From NCBI GenBank assembly GCA_963718235.1, contig CAVQYR010000001.1, positions 1,184,001 through 1,248,000 on the forward strand: 64,000 nucleotides of DNA, written 5' to 3'. The notes beneath the pieces are model-generated. The model saw only the letters and a list, made by a program, of their open reading frames with translations. It did not search any database and was not told the DNA's origin. The DNA comes from an uncultured Actinomycetota bacterium (lineage in GTDB: Bacteria; Actinomycetota; Actinomycetes; JAHEKZ01). Numbering within the stretch: the stretch's first letter is position 1; each line of letters begins with the position of its first letter. This document shows, in pieces, positions 17,220 through 28,508 of this stretch. The position numbers were made by a program, and so were the translations under genes.

Positions 17220-18617
17220 ATGCCGATCCACTACGTCGGACGCACCGAGCCCCAGCGTGACTCGGTGTCGGTCAACCCCCTGTTCGCCCAACCGGGTGAG
17301 ACCGCGGTTCCGCGCAACCGGATGCCAGACCACGAGATGCCCCCGGACACCGCGTACCAGATCGTGCACGACGAGGCGATGCTCGACGGGAACGCCCGGC
17401 TGAACCTGGCGACGTTCGTGAGCACCTGGATGGAGCCGCAGGCGGCGCAGCTGTACTCAGAGACGTACGACAAGAACATGATCGACAAGGACGAGTACCC
17501 GCAGACGGCGCAGATCGAGGAGCGCTGCGTACGAATGCTCGCCGACCTGTGGCACGCCCCCGGGGAGACTGTGGGCACCTCAGCGATCGGTTCGTCCGAG
17601 GCGTGCATGCTGGCCGGGCTCGCGTTCAAGCGCAGGTGGCGCAACCGTCGCCTCGCGGAGGGGAAGTCGGTCGACAAGCCGAACCTGATCATGAGCTCGG
17701 CCGTGCAGGTCGTCTGGGAGAAGTTCTGCAACTACTGGGACGTCGAGCCGGTCTACGTGCCCGTGACGCTCGACAACCCGGGGCTCACCCCGGAGACGTT
17801 GCTCCCGTACGTCAACGAGAACACGATCGGGGTCGTCGCGATCCTTGGTGTTACGTACACGGGGGCCTACGAGCCGGTCAAGGAGATCGCCGCAGCGCTC
17901 GACGACCTGCAGGCCCGGACCGGTCTCGACGTCCCGCTTCACGTCGACGGCGCCAGCGGCGCGATGATCGCGCCCTTCCTGCAGCCTGACCTGGAGTGGG
18001 ACTTCCGGCTCGAGCGGGTCCACTCGATCAACACGTCGGGGCACAAGTACGGGCTGGTCTACCCGGGGCTGGGCTGGGTCGTGTGGCGCAGCCGGCAGTA
18101 CCTGCCCGACGACCTCGTCTTCCACGTCTCCTACCTCGGTGGCGACATGCCGACCCTGGCGATCAACTTCTCCCGCCCGGGCGCCCAGGTGCTGCTGCAG
18201 TACTACAACTTCCTGCGGTTGGGGCGCGGCGGCTACTACCGGGTCCAGAAGGCCTGCCAGGACGTCGCCGTCCACATCTCCTCCGCGGTGGCGGCCATGG
18301 AGCCGTTCGAGCTGCTCACCGACGGGACCGACATCCCGGTCTTCGCCTGGCGGCTGAACGACGAGTACACGACCAAGTGGGACCTGTCGGACCTGTCCGA
18401 GCGGCTTCGTCACCACGGCTGGCAGGTGCCGTCCTACCCGATGCCGGCCGACATCGAGGACGTGACGGTGATGCGAGTGGTGGTCCGCAACGGCCTGTCG
18501 ATGGACCTCGCCCAGCTGTTCATCCACGACCTCCAGCGCTCGGTGGAGTACCTCGACGGGCTCAGCGGCCCACTGCCCAAGGAGATCGGCAAGACCGCGA
18601 GTGGGTTCCACCACTGA
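17220..18617 (+). CDS. gadB: Glutamate decarboxylase (PLP-dependent)
   Basis: LDGNARLNLATFV, KNMIDKDEYPQT, HVDGASG and SGHKYGL (PLP lysine). Confidence 0.95.
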   Translation: MPIHYVGRTEPQRDSVSVNPLFAQPGETAVPRNRMPDHEMPPDTAYQIVHDEAMLDGNARLNLATFVSTWMEPQAAQLYSETYDKNMIDKDEYPQTAQIEERCVRMLADLWHAPGETVGTSAIGSSEACMLAGLAFKRRWRNRRLAEGKSVDKPNLIMSSAVQVVWEKFCNYWDVEPVYVPVTLDNPGLTPETLLPYVNENTIGVVAILGVTYTGAYEPVKEIAAALDDLQARTGLDVPLHVDGASGAMIAPFLQPDLEWDFRLERVHSINTSGHKYGLVYPGLGWVVWRSRQYLPDDLVFHVSYLGGDMPTLAINFSRPGAQVLLQYYNFLRLGRGGYYRVQKACQDVAVHISSAVAAMEPFELLTDGTDIPVFAWRLNDEYTTKWDLSDLSERLRHHGWQVPSYPMPADIEDVTVMRVVVRNGLSMDLAQLFIHDLQRSVEYLDGLSGPLPKEIGKTASGFHH

Positions 18618-18619
18618 CC

Positions 18620-18988
18620 ATGCGCACCCTTGCCGCAAGTGTGCTCTTCTTCGAGGCCGTCCTCATGGTGCTCGTGGTGCCCGTCGTGATCGCCCTGACC
18701 GAAGTCGGTCCGGCCACGGCCGTGGCCAGCGGCGCTGGTGTTCGCCGCCTGTGCCTGGTCACAGCCGGCCTGCTGCGCCACGCCTGGGCCTACGGCGTCG
18801 GCTGGGGGTTGCAGGTGCTGCTCGTCGCAAGCGGGTTCGTCGTCCCGGCGATGTTCCTGCTCGGCGGGATCTTCGCCATTCTCTGGGGTGTCGGCCTGCA
18901 CGTGGGCCGCAAGGGTGAGCAGGTCCGAGCAGCGCGGCTGGCTGCCGCCGGGGGTCCGGTCGACCTCAGGGAGGAGCCGTCCGGCTAG
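18620..18988 (+). CDS. DUF4233 membrane protein
   Basis: [13 protein letters not shown]...GWGLQVLL; conserved folC-DUF4233-ndk context. Confidence 0.85.
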   Translation: MRTLAASVLFFEAVLMVLVVPVVIALTEVGPATAVASGAGVRRLCLVTAGLLRHAWAYGVGWGLQVLLVASGFVVPAMFLLGGIFAILWGVGLHVGRKGEQVRAARLAAAGGPVDLREEPSG

Positions 18989-19049
18989 GGTGGCGGCCGC
19001 CTCCACGGTCGTTGGGGAGCACTGGTCCACACCCACGAAGGAGCCCACG

Positions 19050-19457
19050 GTGAGCGAGCGCACGCTGGTCCTGGTCAAGCCCGACGGTGTCAGCCGGGGC
19101 CTGGTCGGCGAGGTCCTGGCCCGGATCGAGCGCAAGGGCTACTCCCTGGTCGCGCTGGAGCTGCGCCGGCTCACCGTCGAGGTGGCCACCGAGCACTACG
19201 GCGAGCACCAGGGCAAGCCGTTCTTCGACGACCTCGTGACCTTCATCACGTCGGCGCCCCTGGTGGCTGCGGTCGTCGAGGGGCCCGACGCCATCGAGGC
19301 CTGGCGCACGATGATGGGGGTCACCAACCCGATCAAGAGCGCTCCAGGCACGATCCGGGGGGATTTCGCCTCGGTGATGACCGAGAACCTGGTCCACGGC
19401 TCGGACTCCCCTGAGTCCGCTGCCCGGGAGATCGCGCTGTTCTTCCCGGGTCTCTGA
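19050..19457 (+). CDS. ndk: Nucleoside diphosphate kinase
   Basis: [27 protein letters not shown]. Confidence 0.97.
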   Translation: MSERTLVLVKPDGVSRGLVGEVLARIERKGYSLVALELRRLTVEVATEHYGEHQGKPFFDDLVTFITSAPLVAAVVEGPDAIEAWRTMMGVTNPIKSAPGTIRGDFASVMTENLVHGSDSPESAAREIALFFPGL

Positions 19458-19576
19458 CCCCGTCGGGCCCCCGATGGTGGGGTCCTGAACTGCGATCCAT
19501 GGGTTTCCGGAGAAGGCGGTCTCGCCGTTAGCATGGGCGGTCGGCTTCCCCCGTCGCCCCCGGAAGGCGCTTCTTC

Positions 19577-20605
19577 ATGAGCAACATGTCATTCATCGGC
19601 CGTGACATGGCCGTCGACCTCGGCACCGCCAACACCCTCGTCTACGTCCGCGGCCGCGGTGTCGTGCTGAACGAGCCGTCGGTGGTCGCGATCAACCAGA
19701 ACACCGGTGGGATCCTCGCGGTCGGCTCCGAGGCCAAACGGATGATCGGACGCACGCCCGGCAACATCGTGGCGATCCGCCCGCTGAAGGACGGCGTCAT
19801 CGCCGACTTCGACACCACCGAGCGGATGCTGCGCTACTTCATCCAGAAGGTGCACAAGCGGCGCCACCTGGCCAAGCCGCGCATCGTCGTGTGCGTGCCC
19901 AGCGGCATCACCGGTGTCGAGCAGCGCGCCGTCAAGGATGCCGGCTACGCGGCCGGCGCGCGCAAGGTGTACATCATCGAGGAGCCGATGGCCGCGGCGA
20001 TCGGCGCGGGGCTGCCCGTGCACGAGCCGACCGGGAACATGGTCGTCGACATCGGCGGTGGTACCACTGAGGTCGCCGTGATCTCGCTCGGTGGCATCGT
20101 GACGTCGCAGAGCATCCGGGTCGGTGGCGACGAGCTGGACAACGCCATCATCCAGTACGTGAAGAAGGAGTACTCGCTCATGCTGGGCGAGCGCACCGCT
20201 GAAGACATCAAGATGGCGATCGGCTCGGCGTTCCCGATCCCCGACGAGCCGCACGCAGAGATCCGTGGTCGCGACCTCGTGTCCGGCCTGCCGAAGACGA
20301 TCGTCGTGTCGGCTGAGGAGATCCGCAAGGCACTGGAGGAGCCGGTCAACGCCGTCGTCGACGCGGTCAAGACCACGCTCGACAAGTGCCCCCCTGAGCT
20401 GTCCGGCGACATCATGGACCGTGGCATCGTGCTGACGGGTGGTGGCGCGCTGCTCAAGGGCCTCGACGAGCGGCTGCGCCACGAGACCGGCATGCCGATC
20501 CTGATCGCGGACAACCCGCTGGACTCGGTGGCTCTCGGGTCGGGCAAGTGCGTCGAGGAGTTCGAGTCGCTGCAGCAGGTCCTGATCTCCGAGCCACGCC
20601 ACTGA
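19577..20605 (+). CDS. mreB: Rod shape-determining protein MreB
   Basis: [28 protein letters not shown]. Confidence 0.98.
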   Translation: MSNMSFIGRDMAVDLGTANTLVYVRGRGVVLNEPSVVAINQNTGGILAVGSEAKRMIGRTPGNIVAIRPLKDGVIADFDTTERMLRYFIQKVHKRRHLAKPRIVVCVPSGITGVEQRAVKDAGYAAGARKVYIIEEPMAAAIGAGLPVHEPTGNMVVDIGGGTTEVAVISLGGIVTSQSIRVGGDELDNAIIQYVKKEYSLMLGERTAEDIKMAIGSAFPIPDEPHAEIRGRDLVSGLPKTIVVSAEEIRKALEEPVNAVVDAVKTTLDKCPPELSGDIMDRGIVLTGGGALLKGLDERLRHETGMPILIADNPLDSVALGSGKCVEEFESLQQVLISEPRH

Positions 20606-20660
20606 CGAGGTCGCGCAGCCCCGAGGCCTCCTGGGGGCGCCGCCGTCACCACGCCATCTG

Positions 20661-21593
20661 ATGAGGGACACCCGTCGCACCCGCATCGTGCTGGCTGTTC
20701 TCCTGCTGAGCGCGGTGACGTTCATCGTCTTGGACCTGCGTGGTGGTGAGGGCTCGCTGACCGACCGCATGCGCACGACCGCAGCTGCGGTGTTCGGCCC
20801 CGTCGAGCGGGCCGCAGCGGCGGTCGTGCGGCCGGTGGCCGACTTCGTCGACGGTGTCTCCTCGATCGGGGCCAATGACGACCGGATCGCCGAGCTCGAG
20901 CAGGAGAACGACTCACTGCGGCTCCAGCTGCGCACGACGGAGCTCGACCGCAACCGGGCTCGCGAGCTCGACGCGCTGCTCAACATCGCCGGCCTCGGTC
21001 GCTACCGCGTCGTTCCCGCAGAAGTGATTGCCGTCGGGAGTGACCGTGGGTTCGTGCGGACGGTCACCGTCGACGCCGGTACGCGGGACGGCGTCACCAT
21101 CGACCAGACCGTCCTCAACGGCGACGGCCTCGTCGGTCGGGTCACGAGCGTCGGCCCGAGCACGGCGACGATCCTGCTGCTCAACGACCCGAGCTTCGCT
21201 GTGGGCGCCCGGCTGGCCGAGACGATGGAGATCGGCGCCGTCCGCGGCCAGGGCCGTGACCCGCTGACGCTGGAGGTGCTGAACCCGCAGGCCCAGGTGG
21301 CCGAGGGCGACGCCCTGGTCACGCTGGGCTCGCGGGACGGCCGCCCGTTCGTCCCCGGTGTGCCGATCGGCGAGGTGTTCCAGGTCGAGGCGACCCCGGG
21401 CGCGCTCACCCGGACCGCCCTGGTCCGCGCGTACGTCGACTTCACCACCTTGTCCCTGGTGGGGATCGTCGTGGAGCCGCCCAGGCGCGACCCGCGCGAC
21501 TCGGTGCTCCCGAGCCCACCGGTGTCGCCGACCCCGTCGACGTCCTCGTCGGCCCCGTCGTCACCGTCCTCGACGAGCAGCCCCTCCCCATGA
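20661..21593 (+). CDS. mreC: Rod shape-determining protein MreC
   Basis: N-terminal TM, coiled coil, GLVGRV; follows mreB. Confidence 0.95.
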   Translation: MRDTRRTRIVLAVLLLSAVTFIVLDLRGGEGSLTDRMRTTAAAVFGPVERAAAAVVRPVADFVDGVSSIGANDDRIAELEQENDSLRLQLRTTELDRNRARELDALLNIAGLGRYRVVPAEVIAVGSDRGFVRTVTVDAGTRDGVTIDQTVLNGDGLVGRVTSVGPSTATILLLNDPSFAVGARLAETMEIGAVRGQGRDPLTLEVLNPQAQVAEGDALVTLGSRDGRPFVPGVPIGEVFQVEATPGALTRTALVRAYVDFTTLSLVGIVVEPPRRDPRDSVLPSPPVSPTPSTSSSAPSSPSSTSSPSP

Positions 21594-21612
21594 GCGCGAG
21601 CGTGGCCTCCCG

Positions 21613-22125
21613 ATGATCGTGGCCCGGATCCTGCTGAACACCGCGGTGACCGTGACGGCGGTCCTCGTCCAGCTGACCGTGGTGAACCCGCTGAACCTGC
21701 CGGGAGGTGGTCCTGACCTGGCGCTGCTCGCGCTGCTGGGGCTCGCCCTGGTCCAGGGGCCGGTCTCGGGTGCGGTCACCGGCTTCCTCGTGGGACTCCT
21801 GCTCGACGCCGCGCCGCCGGCCGACGGTCAGATCGGTCAGTGGGCTCTCGTCCTGTGCCTGGTGGGATATGTCACAGGCCTGGTCGGTCCGGACGTCCGC
21901 GACTCGGCGCTGAGGGTGGTCGCGCTGGTCGCGGGTCTCAGCGCGCTGGAGGTCCTGGGGTACGCCGCGATCGGCCTGATGTTCGGGGCGCCGGGGGTCA
22001 GTGGTCCCGCTGTGCTGAGCGCCACCCTCGGAACGGTTGGCTACGATGTCCTCCTGGCTCCCTTCGTCGTCCCTGCTGTGATGGCCCTGGCCCGACGGGT
22101 CGAGCCGGCCCCGCTTCGGGTCTGA
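21613..22125 (+). CDS. mreD: Rod shape-determining protein MreD
   Basis: PDLALL...GAVTGFLVGLLLD; hydrophobic; operon position. Confidence 0.92.
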   Translation: MIVARILLNTAVTVTAVLVQLTVVNPLNLPGGGPDLALLALLGLALVQGPVSGAVTGFLVGLLLDAAPPADGQIGQWALVLCLVGYVTGLVGPDVRDSALRVVALVAGLSALEVLGYAAIGLMFGAPGVSGPAVLSATLGTVGYDVLLAPFVVPAVMALARRVEPAPLRV

Positions 22126-22184
22126 ACGCCGTCGGTGCCGCACTCGCGGCGGGCCGGGAACCATGAGCGGGCGCGAGGCGTCCG

Positions 22185-24442
22185 ATGACTGACCACGACC
22201 GAGGAGCCAGACCTGTGAGCGACCGATCGCGGCTGCGGCTCATCGTGCTGCAGGTGCTGGTCCTGTCGTTGCTGGCGACGCTGTTCGGACGCCTCTGGTA
22301 CATGCAGGTCGTGACCGGTGACGAGTACGCCGCCCAGGCCGCCGACAACCGGATCCGAGAGGTCGTCACTCCGGCCGTCCGGGGCGCCATCCTCGACGAC
22401 CAGGGGCGCCCGCTGGTCCAGAACCGCACGACCCTGGTCGTCTCGGTCGACCGGACGGTGATCCTGGACGAGCCCAACGACGGCGTTGCCGTCGTTCGTC
22501 GACTCGCACGTCTCCTCGACGAGCCCTACCGGGCGATCGACCGGCAGCTCACCCTGTGCGGGACCGAGGGGGCGCCCGAGCCACCCGTGTGCTGGAACGG
22601 CTCGCCCTACCAGCCGATCCCCGTGGCCGAGGACGCCAACCCAGAGGTCGCACTGCAGATCATCGAGCGCAGCGAGGACTTCCCGGGCGTGACCGCCGAG
22701 CTGCAGGCCATTCGCGACTACCCCAAGCCGTTCGACGTCAACGCCGCGCACCTGCTCGGGTACCTCGGACCGGTCACCGCCGAGGAGCTGGAGGCGGCGC
22801 AGAGCAAGGTCGGGCGCAACGGGGTGACCTTGACCCGCACCGACCTCGTCGGCCGGGCCGGGCTGGAGCAGGAGTACGACAAGTACCTGCGCGGGCGACC
22901 CGGGATCAAGCAGCTCTCGGTCGACCACGCGGGCACCGTGGTGGGCACCCTCGCCGATGACCCGCCCGTGGCGGGTGACTACCTCGTCACCAGCATCGAC
23001 GCGCAGGTGCAGAAGGTGGTCGAGGAGCAGCTCCAGGCGGCGATCAGCCGGGCTCACACCCAGGTCGACCCCGACGGCTTTCCCTACCGGGCGAGCACCG
23101 GCGCGGCCGTCGTCATGGAGGTCGACACCGGCCGAGTGGTCGCCATGGCCAGCTACCCCGACTACGACCCCAAGGTCTGGGTCGGGGGGATCTCCAACCA
23201 GCAGTACAAGCGCCTCGCCAGCGAGAAGGCCGACTACCCCTTGATCAACCGGGCGATCCAGGGGCAGTTCGCCCCGGCGTCCACGTTCAAGGTCGTGACC
23301 ACGGCCGCGGCCGCGGCAGCAGGCTACTCGCTGAACGGGACCTACCCCTGTCCGAGCTACCTCACCGTCGCGGGCCGGGACTTCTCGAACTACGAGTCGT
23401 CGTCGTACGGCGACATCAGCCTGCAGCGCGCGATCGAGGTCTCCTGCGACACGGTGTTCTACAAGATCGCCTACGAGATGTGGCTGCGCGAGGGCGGGTA
23501 CGACGCCGAGCCCGAGGCCACGCAGTACCAGTCGGAGACCGCCAAGGCGTTCGGTTTCGGCTCGCCGACCGGCGTCGACCTGCCGGGTGAGGCGTCCGGG
23601 CGCGTGGCCGACCGCGCGTGGCGCAAGGAGTACTACCTCGCGAACAAGGACTACTACTGCAACTTCGACAAGCGAGCCCCTGCCGACGACCGGGACAGCG
23701 CGTACCTGCAGCAGTTCGCCAAGGAGTTCTGCGCCGACGGCGACGAGTACCGCGCAGGTGACGCCGTGCTGTCGGCGATCGGCCAGGGCGACATGCTCAC
23801 CACGCCGTTGCAGATCGCCCAGGCCTACGCGGCGATCGCCAACGGGGGAACGATCTACCGGCCCCAGATCGGGAAAGCGGTGATGACCCCGGGTGGCGAG
23901 CTGGTGAAGGAGTTCCAGCCCAAGGTCTCCGGCAAGCTGCCGGCGTCCCCGAGACGATCGCGTTCCTGCAGCAGGCGCTGGCCGGCGTCCCCGTCTACGG
24001 GACCGCGACCTACCCGTTCAGCACCTTCCCTCTGGGGGAGCTGCCGGTCGCGGCGAAGACCGGAACGGGAGAGGTCTACGGCAAGCAGACCACCTCATGG
24101 TTCGCGTCGTACGCGCCCGCCGACGACCCCAAGTTCGTCGTCTTGATGATGGTTCCCGAGGGTGGCACCGGGTCGCTGACGTCGGGTGCCAGCGTCAGGG
24201 CCATCTACGAGGCGCTGTTCGGCGTCAGCGGCCAGTCGATCGACTCGAAGCAGGCGATCCTGCCCGGAGGTGGCCCGGTCGACACCCTGCCGGTGATCGA
24301 GCCGGACGGCACCATCGTGGCTCCGAAGGACTCCGGGCTGCCCAAGCAGGAGCAGGACCAGTCCTCGCTCCCGGCGACCGGGCCCAGGACCTCGGCGTCC
24401 CCTCGGCGCGGGCACGGGCGAAGACGGCACCACACGTCATGA
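22185..24442 (+). CDS. mrdA: Penicillin-binding protein 2 (frameshift near 23950)
   Basis: STFK and SCD motifs in the first frame. The KTG motif (AAKTGTGEV) is in the frame of ORF 24143-24442. Confidence 0.9.
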
Positions 24443-25617
24443 CGCTCGGGTACCCCACCACCTACTCCCGGCCCCCGCGGTCGCGGGTGCGCCGAGCCCT
24501 GGGCCGCAGCTCGTGGCTGCGTCGGTTCGACTGGGTGCTGCTCGTGGCGGCCCTGGGACTCAGCGTCGTCGGGACGCTGCTGGTGTACTCGGCAACCCGC
24601 AACGTCGACCCGGGGGGCGACCCCCAGGCCTTCTTGAAGCGGCACCTGCTCAACCTGCTCGTCGGCGTGGGACTCGGCGCGATGACGATGGCGTTCGACT
24701 ACCGGCAGCTGCGGGCGTACGCACCCATCGTCTACATCGGGTCGATCCTCGGGCTCGTCGCGGTGCTGTCGCCGCTGGGGTCGTCGGTGAACGGCGCGCA
24801 CGCCTGGATCCTGTTGCCGGGTGGGTTCTCCGTGCAGCCTTCGGAGTTCGCCAAGGTGGCCCTCGTCGTCGGCCTGGCCATGCTGCTGGCCGAGCGGCGC
24901 GACGCCCAGACCGAGCCACAGGGTCGAGACGTGCTCGTCGCCCTCGTGATCGCGGCCGTCCCGATCGGTCTGGTCATGCTTCAGCCCGACCTCGGCACGG
25001 CGGTCGTCCTGGGCATGATCGTGCTCGGGATCCTGGCGGTGGCCGGTACTCGTACCACGTGGCTGGTCGGCCTGCTCCTGGCCGGTGGACTCGCTGCGTT
25101 CGCCGCCGTGAAGGTGGGAGTGCTCGACCAGTACCAGATCGACCGCCTGCTCGCGTTCACCAACCCCGACTACGACCCGCAGGGCGTCGGCTACAACACC
25201 AACCAGGCCCGGATCACCCTCGGCAGCGGTGGGCTGCTCGGGGTCGGCCTGTTCCAGGGCACCCAGACCAGCGGCAACTTCGTGCCCGAGCAGCAGACCG
25301 ACTTCATCTTCACCGTGGTCGGCGAGGAGCTGGGCTTCGTGGGCTCGGCGCTGATCATCGTGCTGTTCGGGATCCTGCTGTGGCGGGCCCTGCGGATCGC
25401 GATGCGGGCCGAGGACCTGTTCGGCACGCTGGTCGCGACCGGCGTCGTGTGCTGGTTCACCTTCCAGATGTTCGAGAACATCGGCATGGTCGTGGGGATC
25501 ATGCCGGTGACCGGCGTCCCGCTGCCGTTCGTGTCCTACGGGGGGTCCAGCATGTTCGCGAACTGGATGGCGCTGGGCCTGCTGGAGAACGTCCACCTCC
25601 GCCGCGCCATCCGCTGA
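24439..25617 (+). CDS. rodA: Rod shape-determining protein RodA (SEDS)
   Basis: QPSEFAK, LQPDLGT, PEQQTDFIF, PFVSYGGSS. Confidence 0.96.
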   Translation: MTLGYPTTYSRPPRSRVRRALGRSSWLRRFDWVLLVAALGLSVVGTLLVYSATRNVDPGGDPQAFLKRHLLNLLVGVGLGAMTMAFDYRQLRAYAPIVYIGSILGLVAVLSPLGSSVNGAHAWILLPGGFSVQPSEFAKVALVVGLAMLLAERRDAQTEPQGRDVLVALVIAAVPIGLVMLQPDLGTAVVLGMIVLGILAVAGTRTTWLVGLLLAGGLAAFAAVKVGVLDQYQIDRLLAFTNPDYDPQGVGYNTNQARITLGSGGLLGVGLFQGTQTSGNFVPEQQTDFIFTVVGEELGFVGSALIIVLFGILLWRALRIAMRAEDLFGTLVATGVVCWFTFQMFENIGMVVGIMPVTGVPLPFVSYGGSSMFANWMALGLLENVHLRRAIR

Positions 25618-25710
25618 CCCCACCCCCCAAGTTGATCTTGGACTTGATCTGCCAGTTCGACGTCCTGGGTGCTCATCTTCTGCTTGATCAACTTGGGGAG
25701 GGGGTGGGGG
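25618..25710. repeat. REP/MITE-like palindromic element (may also act as a terminator)
   Basis: Perfect 13-bp inverted repeat CCCCAAGTTGATC (25625-25637) / GATCAACTTGGGG (25686-25698), with C-rich and G-rich extensions. Confidence 0.7.
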
Positions 25711-25794
25711 TCCGGCTGGTCCTTAGGATGTGAGTGTCCAGATATGAGCTGCAGGGTGTGGGCATCAGTGCGTCCGTCGGTCAGAGGGGATCTC

Positions 25795-27738
25795 GTGGAG
25801 TCCGTGTTCGACCGGCTGGAGCCGCTTCTGCCCCGGGTGCAAAAGCCCATCCAGTACGTCGGCGGCGAGCTGAACGCGACCACCAAGCCGTGGGAGTCCT
25901 GCGACGTCCGGTGGGCCCTGATGTACCCCGACGCCTACGAGGTCGGCGTGCCCAACCAGGGCGTACAGATCCTCTACGAGGTGCTGAACGAGCAGGACGG
26001 CGTCCTGGCCGAGCGCACCTACTCGGTGTGGCCCGACCTCGAGGCCCTCATGCGCGAGCACGGCGTCCCGCAGTTCACCGTCGACAGCCACCGACCGGTT
26101 GCGGCGTTCGACCTGCTGGGGGTCAGCTTCTCCACCGAGCTCGGCTACACCAACCTGCTCACCGCCCTCGACCTCGCAGGGATCCCGCTGGACGCCGCCG
26201 ACCGGGACGGCACGCACCCGATCGTCGTGGCCGGGGGGCACGCGGCCTTCAACCCCGAGCCGATCGCCGGCTTCATCGACGCCGCGGTCCTCGGCGACGG
26301 TGAACAGGCGGTGCTCGACATCACCGCCGTCGTCCGCGAGTGGAAGGCCGCCGGGCGCCCGGGCGGCCGGCCCGAGCTGCTGCTGCGCCTGGCCCGCAGC
26401 GGGGGCGTCTACGTGCCTTCGTTCTACGACGTCGAGTACCTGCCCGACGGACGCATCAAGCGGGTCGTGCCGAACGTGCCCGGCGTTCCGTGGCGGGTCA
26501 GCAAGCACACGGTCATGGACCTCGACGAGTGGCCCTACCCCAAGACACCCCTGGTGCCCATGGCCGAGAGCGTGCACGAGCGCGCGAGTGTGGAGATCTT
26601 CCGCGGGTGCACCCGCGGTTGTCGCTTCTGCCAGGCCGGCATGATCACCCGCCCGGTGCGCGAGCGCAGCATCACCGGGATCGGCGAGATGGTCGAGCAG
26701 TCGTTGCAGACGACCGGCTTCGAGGAGGTCGGGCTGCTCAGCCTGTCCAGTGCCGACCACAGCGAGATCGCCGACGTCGCCAAGGGCCTGGCCGACCGCT
26801 ACGAGGGCACCAACACCTCGCTGTCGCTGCCGAGTACGCGCGTCGATGCCTTCAACATCGACCTCGCCAACGAGCTGACCCGCAACGGACGCCGGTCCGG
26901 ACTGACGTTCGCCCCCGAAGGTGGCAGCGAACGCATCCGCAAGGTCATCAACAAGATGGTCACCGAAGAGGACCTCATCCGCACCGTCGCCACGGCGTAC
27001 GGCAACGGCTGGCGTCAGGTGAAGCTCTACTTCATGTGTGGGCTGCCCACCGAGACCGACGACGACGTCCTGCAGATCGCCGAGCTGGCGAGCAAGGTGA
27101 TCGCCACTGGTCGCAGCGTCGCGGGGCGCAACGACATCCGGTGCACGGTGTCGATCGGTGGTTTCGTGCCCAAGCCGCACACCCCGTTCCAGTGGTGCGC
27201 CCAGCTCGACCACGAGGCGACCGATGCCCGGCTGGCCAAGCTGCGCGACGCGATTCGCGCCGACAAGCGCTACGGCCGGTCGATCGGCTTTCGCTACCAC
27301 GACGGCAGGCCGGGCATCGTCGAGGGCCTGCTCTCCCGCGGTGACCGGCGGGTCGGCGAGGTCATCCGACAGGTGTGGCTGGCCGGCGGTCGCTTCGACG
27401 GGTGGAGCGAGCACTTCTCGTTCGACCGGTGGATGCAGGCGGCTGACCTGGCGTTCGCCGGGGCCGGCGTTGACGTCGACTGGTACACCACCCGCGAGCG
27501 TGAGTACGCCGAGGTGCTGCCGTGGGACCACCTGGACAGCGGGCTCGACAAGGACTGGCTGTGGGAGGACTGGCAGGACTCCCTCAACGGGGTCGAGGTC
27601 GAAGACTGTCGATGGACGCCGTGCTTCGACTGCGGGGTGTGCCCCCAGCTGGACACCCAGATCCAGGTCGGACCCACCGGCCAGAAGCTGCTGCCGGTCA
27701 CGGTCGTCGGTGCCGCGGGCGCCCGGCTGAGCGGCTGA
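25795..27738 (+). CDS. TIGR03960 family B12-binding radical SAM protein
   Basis: KPIQYVGGELN, YPDAYEVG, and CTRGCRFC (CxxxCxxC). Confidence 0.93.
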   Translation: MESVFDRLEPLLPRVQKPIQYVGGELNATTKPWESCDVRWALMYPDAYEVGVPNQGVQILYEVLNEQDGVLAERTYSVWPDLEALMREHGVPQFTVDSHRPVAAFDLLGVSFSTELGYTNLLTALDLAGIPLDAADRDGTHPIVVAGGHAAFNPEPIAGFIDAAVLGDGEQAVLDITAVVREWKAAGRPGGRPELLLRLARSGGVYVPSFYDVEYLPDGRIKRVVPNVPGVPWRVSKHTVMDLDEWPYPKTPLVPMAESVHERASVEIFRGCTRGCRFCQAGMITRPVRERSITGIGEMVEQSLQTTGFEEVGLLSLSSADHSEIADVAKGLADRYEGTNTSLSLPSTRVDAFNIDLANELTRNGRRSGLTFAPEGGSERIRKVINKMVTEEDLIRTVATAYGNGWRQVKLYFMCGLPTETDDDVLQIAELASKVIATGRSVAGRNDIRCTVSIGGFVPKPHTPFQWCAQLDHEATDARLAKLRDAIRADKRYGRSIGFRYHDGRPGIVEGLLSRGDRRVGEVIRQVWLAGGRFDGWSEHFSFDRWMQAADLAFAGAGVDVDWYTTREREYAEVLPWDHLDSGLDKDWLWEDWQDSLNGVEVEDCRWTPCFDCGVCPQLDTQIQVGPTGQKLLPVTVVGAAGARLSG

Positions 27739-27743
27739 GGGTC

Positions 27744-28508
27744 GTGGCTCGACGTCCACCCGAGCGCGACGTGGCTCCCACCGTGCAGAAGCTGCGGGTG
27801 CGCTACGCCAAGCGGGGTCGCCTGCGCTTCGCCAGCCACCGCGACTTCCAGCGCGCGTTCGAGCGGGCCCTGCGCCGGGCCGGGGTTCCCATGGCCTACA
27901 GCGCCGGCTTCAGCCCGCACCCCAAGGTGTCGTACGCCGGGGCGGCCGCGACCGGGGCGGCCAGCGAGGCGGAGTACCTCGAGATCGGCGTCACGGCCCG
28001 CCTCGACCCGTTGGCTGTCTGCGCCGCCCTGGACGACGCGCTTCCGCCCGGGCTCGACGTGGTCGAGGTCGTCGAGGCCGGCCCGGGGTCGCTGGCCGAC
28101 CGGCTGGAGGCGTCGGACTGGCGGGTCGAGCTGCCCGACCTGGACCCGCGGGCCCTGGAAGCGGCCGTGCCGCCCTTCCTGGCCGCCGACGAGATCGTGG
28201 TCGAGCGGCTGACGAAGTCCGGTATCCGGTCGTTCGATGCTCGCTCTGCGGTGGTTCGACTCGCCGTCGAGGACCCGACGGCCTCAAGCCAGGACCCGGT
28301 CTGTGCGATACTGCGAATGGTCGTTCGGCACCTGACACCCGCTGTTCGACCCGACGACGTGCTCGCCGCCCTCCATGCGGTGGCGGGTCTGACGCCGCCG
28401 ACGCCCCCACGGGTGACCCGGCTGGCGCAGGGCCCGCTGACGAACGTGACGGTGACCGATCCCTTGGTCGCCGACCGCACGAGCGGCTCGGACGCCGTCG
28501 GCCGCTGA
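27744..28508 (+). CDS. TIGR03936 family radical SAM-associated protein
   Basis: RYAKRGRLRFASHRDFQRAFERALRRA, GFSPHPK. Confidence 0.92.
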   Translation: MARRPPERDVAPTVQKLRVRYAKRGRLRFASHRDFQRAFERALRRAGVPMAYSAGFSPHPKVSYAGAAATGAASEAEYLEIGVTARLDPLAVCAALDDALPPGLDVVEVVEAGPGSLADRLEASDWRVELPDLDPRALEAAVPPFLAADEIVVERLTKSGIRSFDARSAVVRLAVEDPTASSQDPVCAILRMVVRHLTPAVRPDDVLAALHAVAGLTPPTPPRVTRLAQGPLTNVTVTDPLVADRTSGSDAVGR

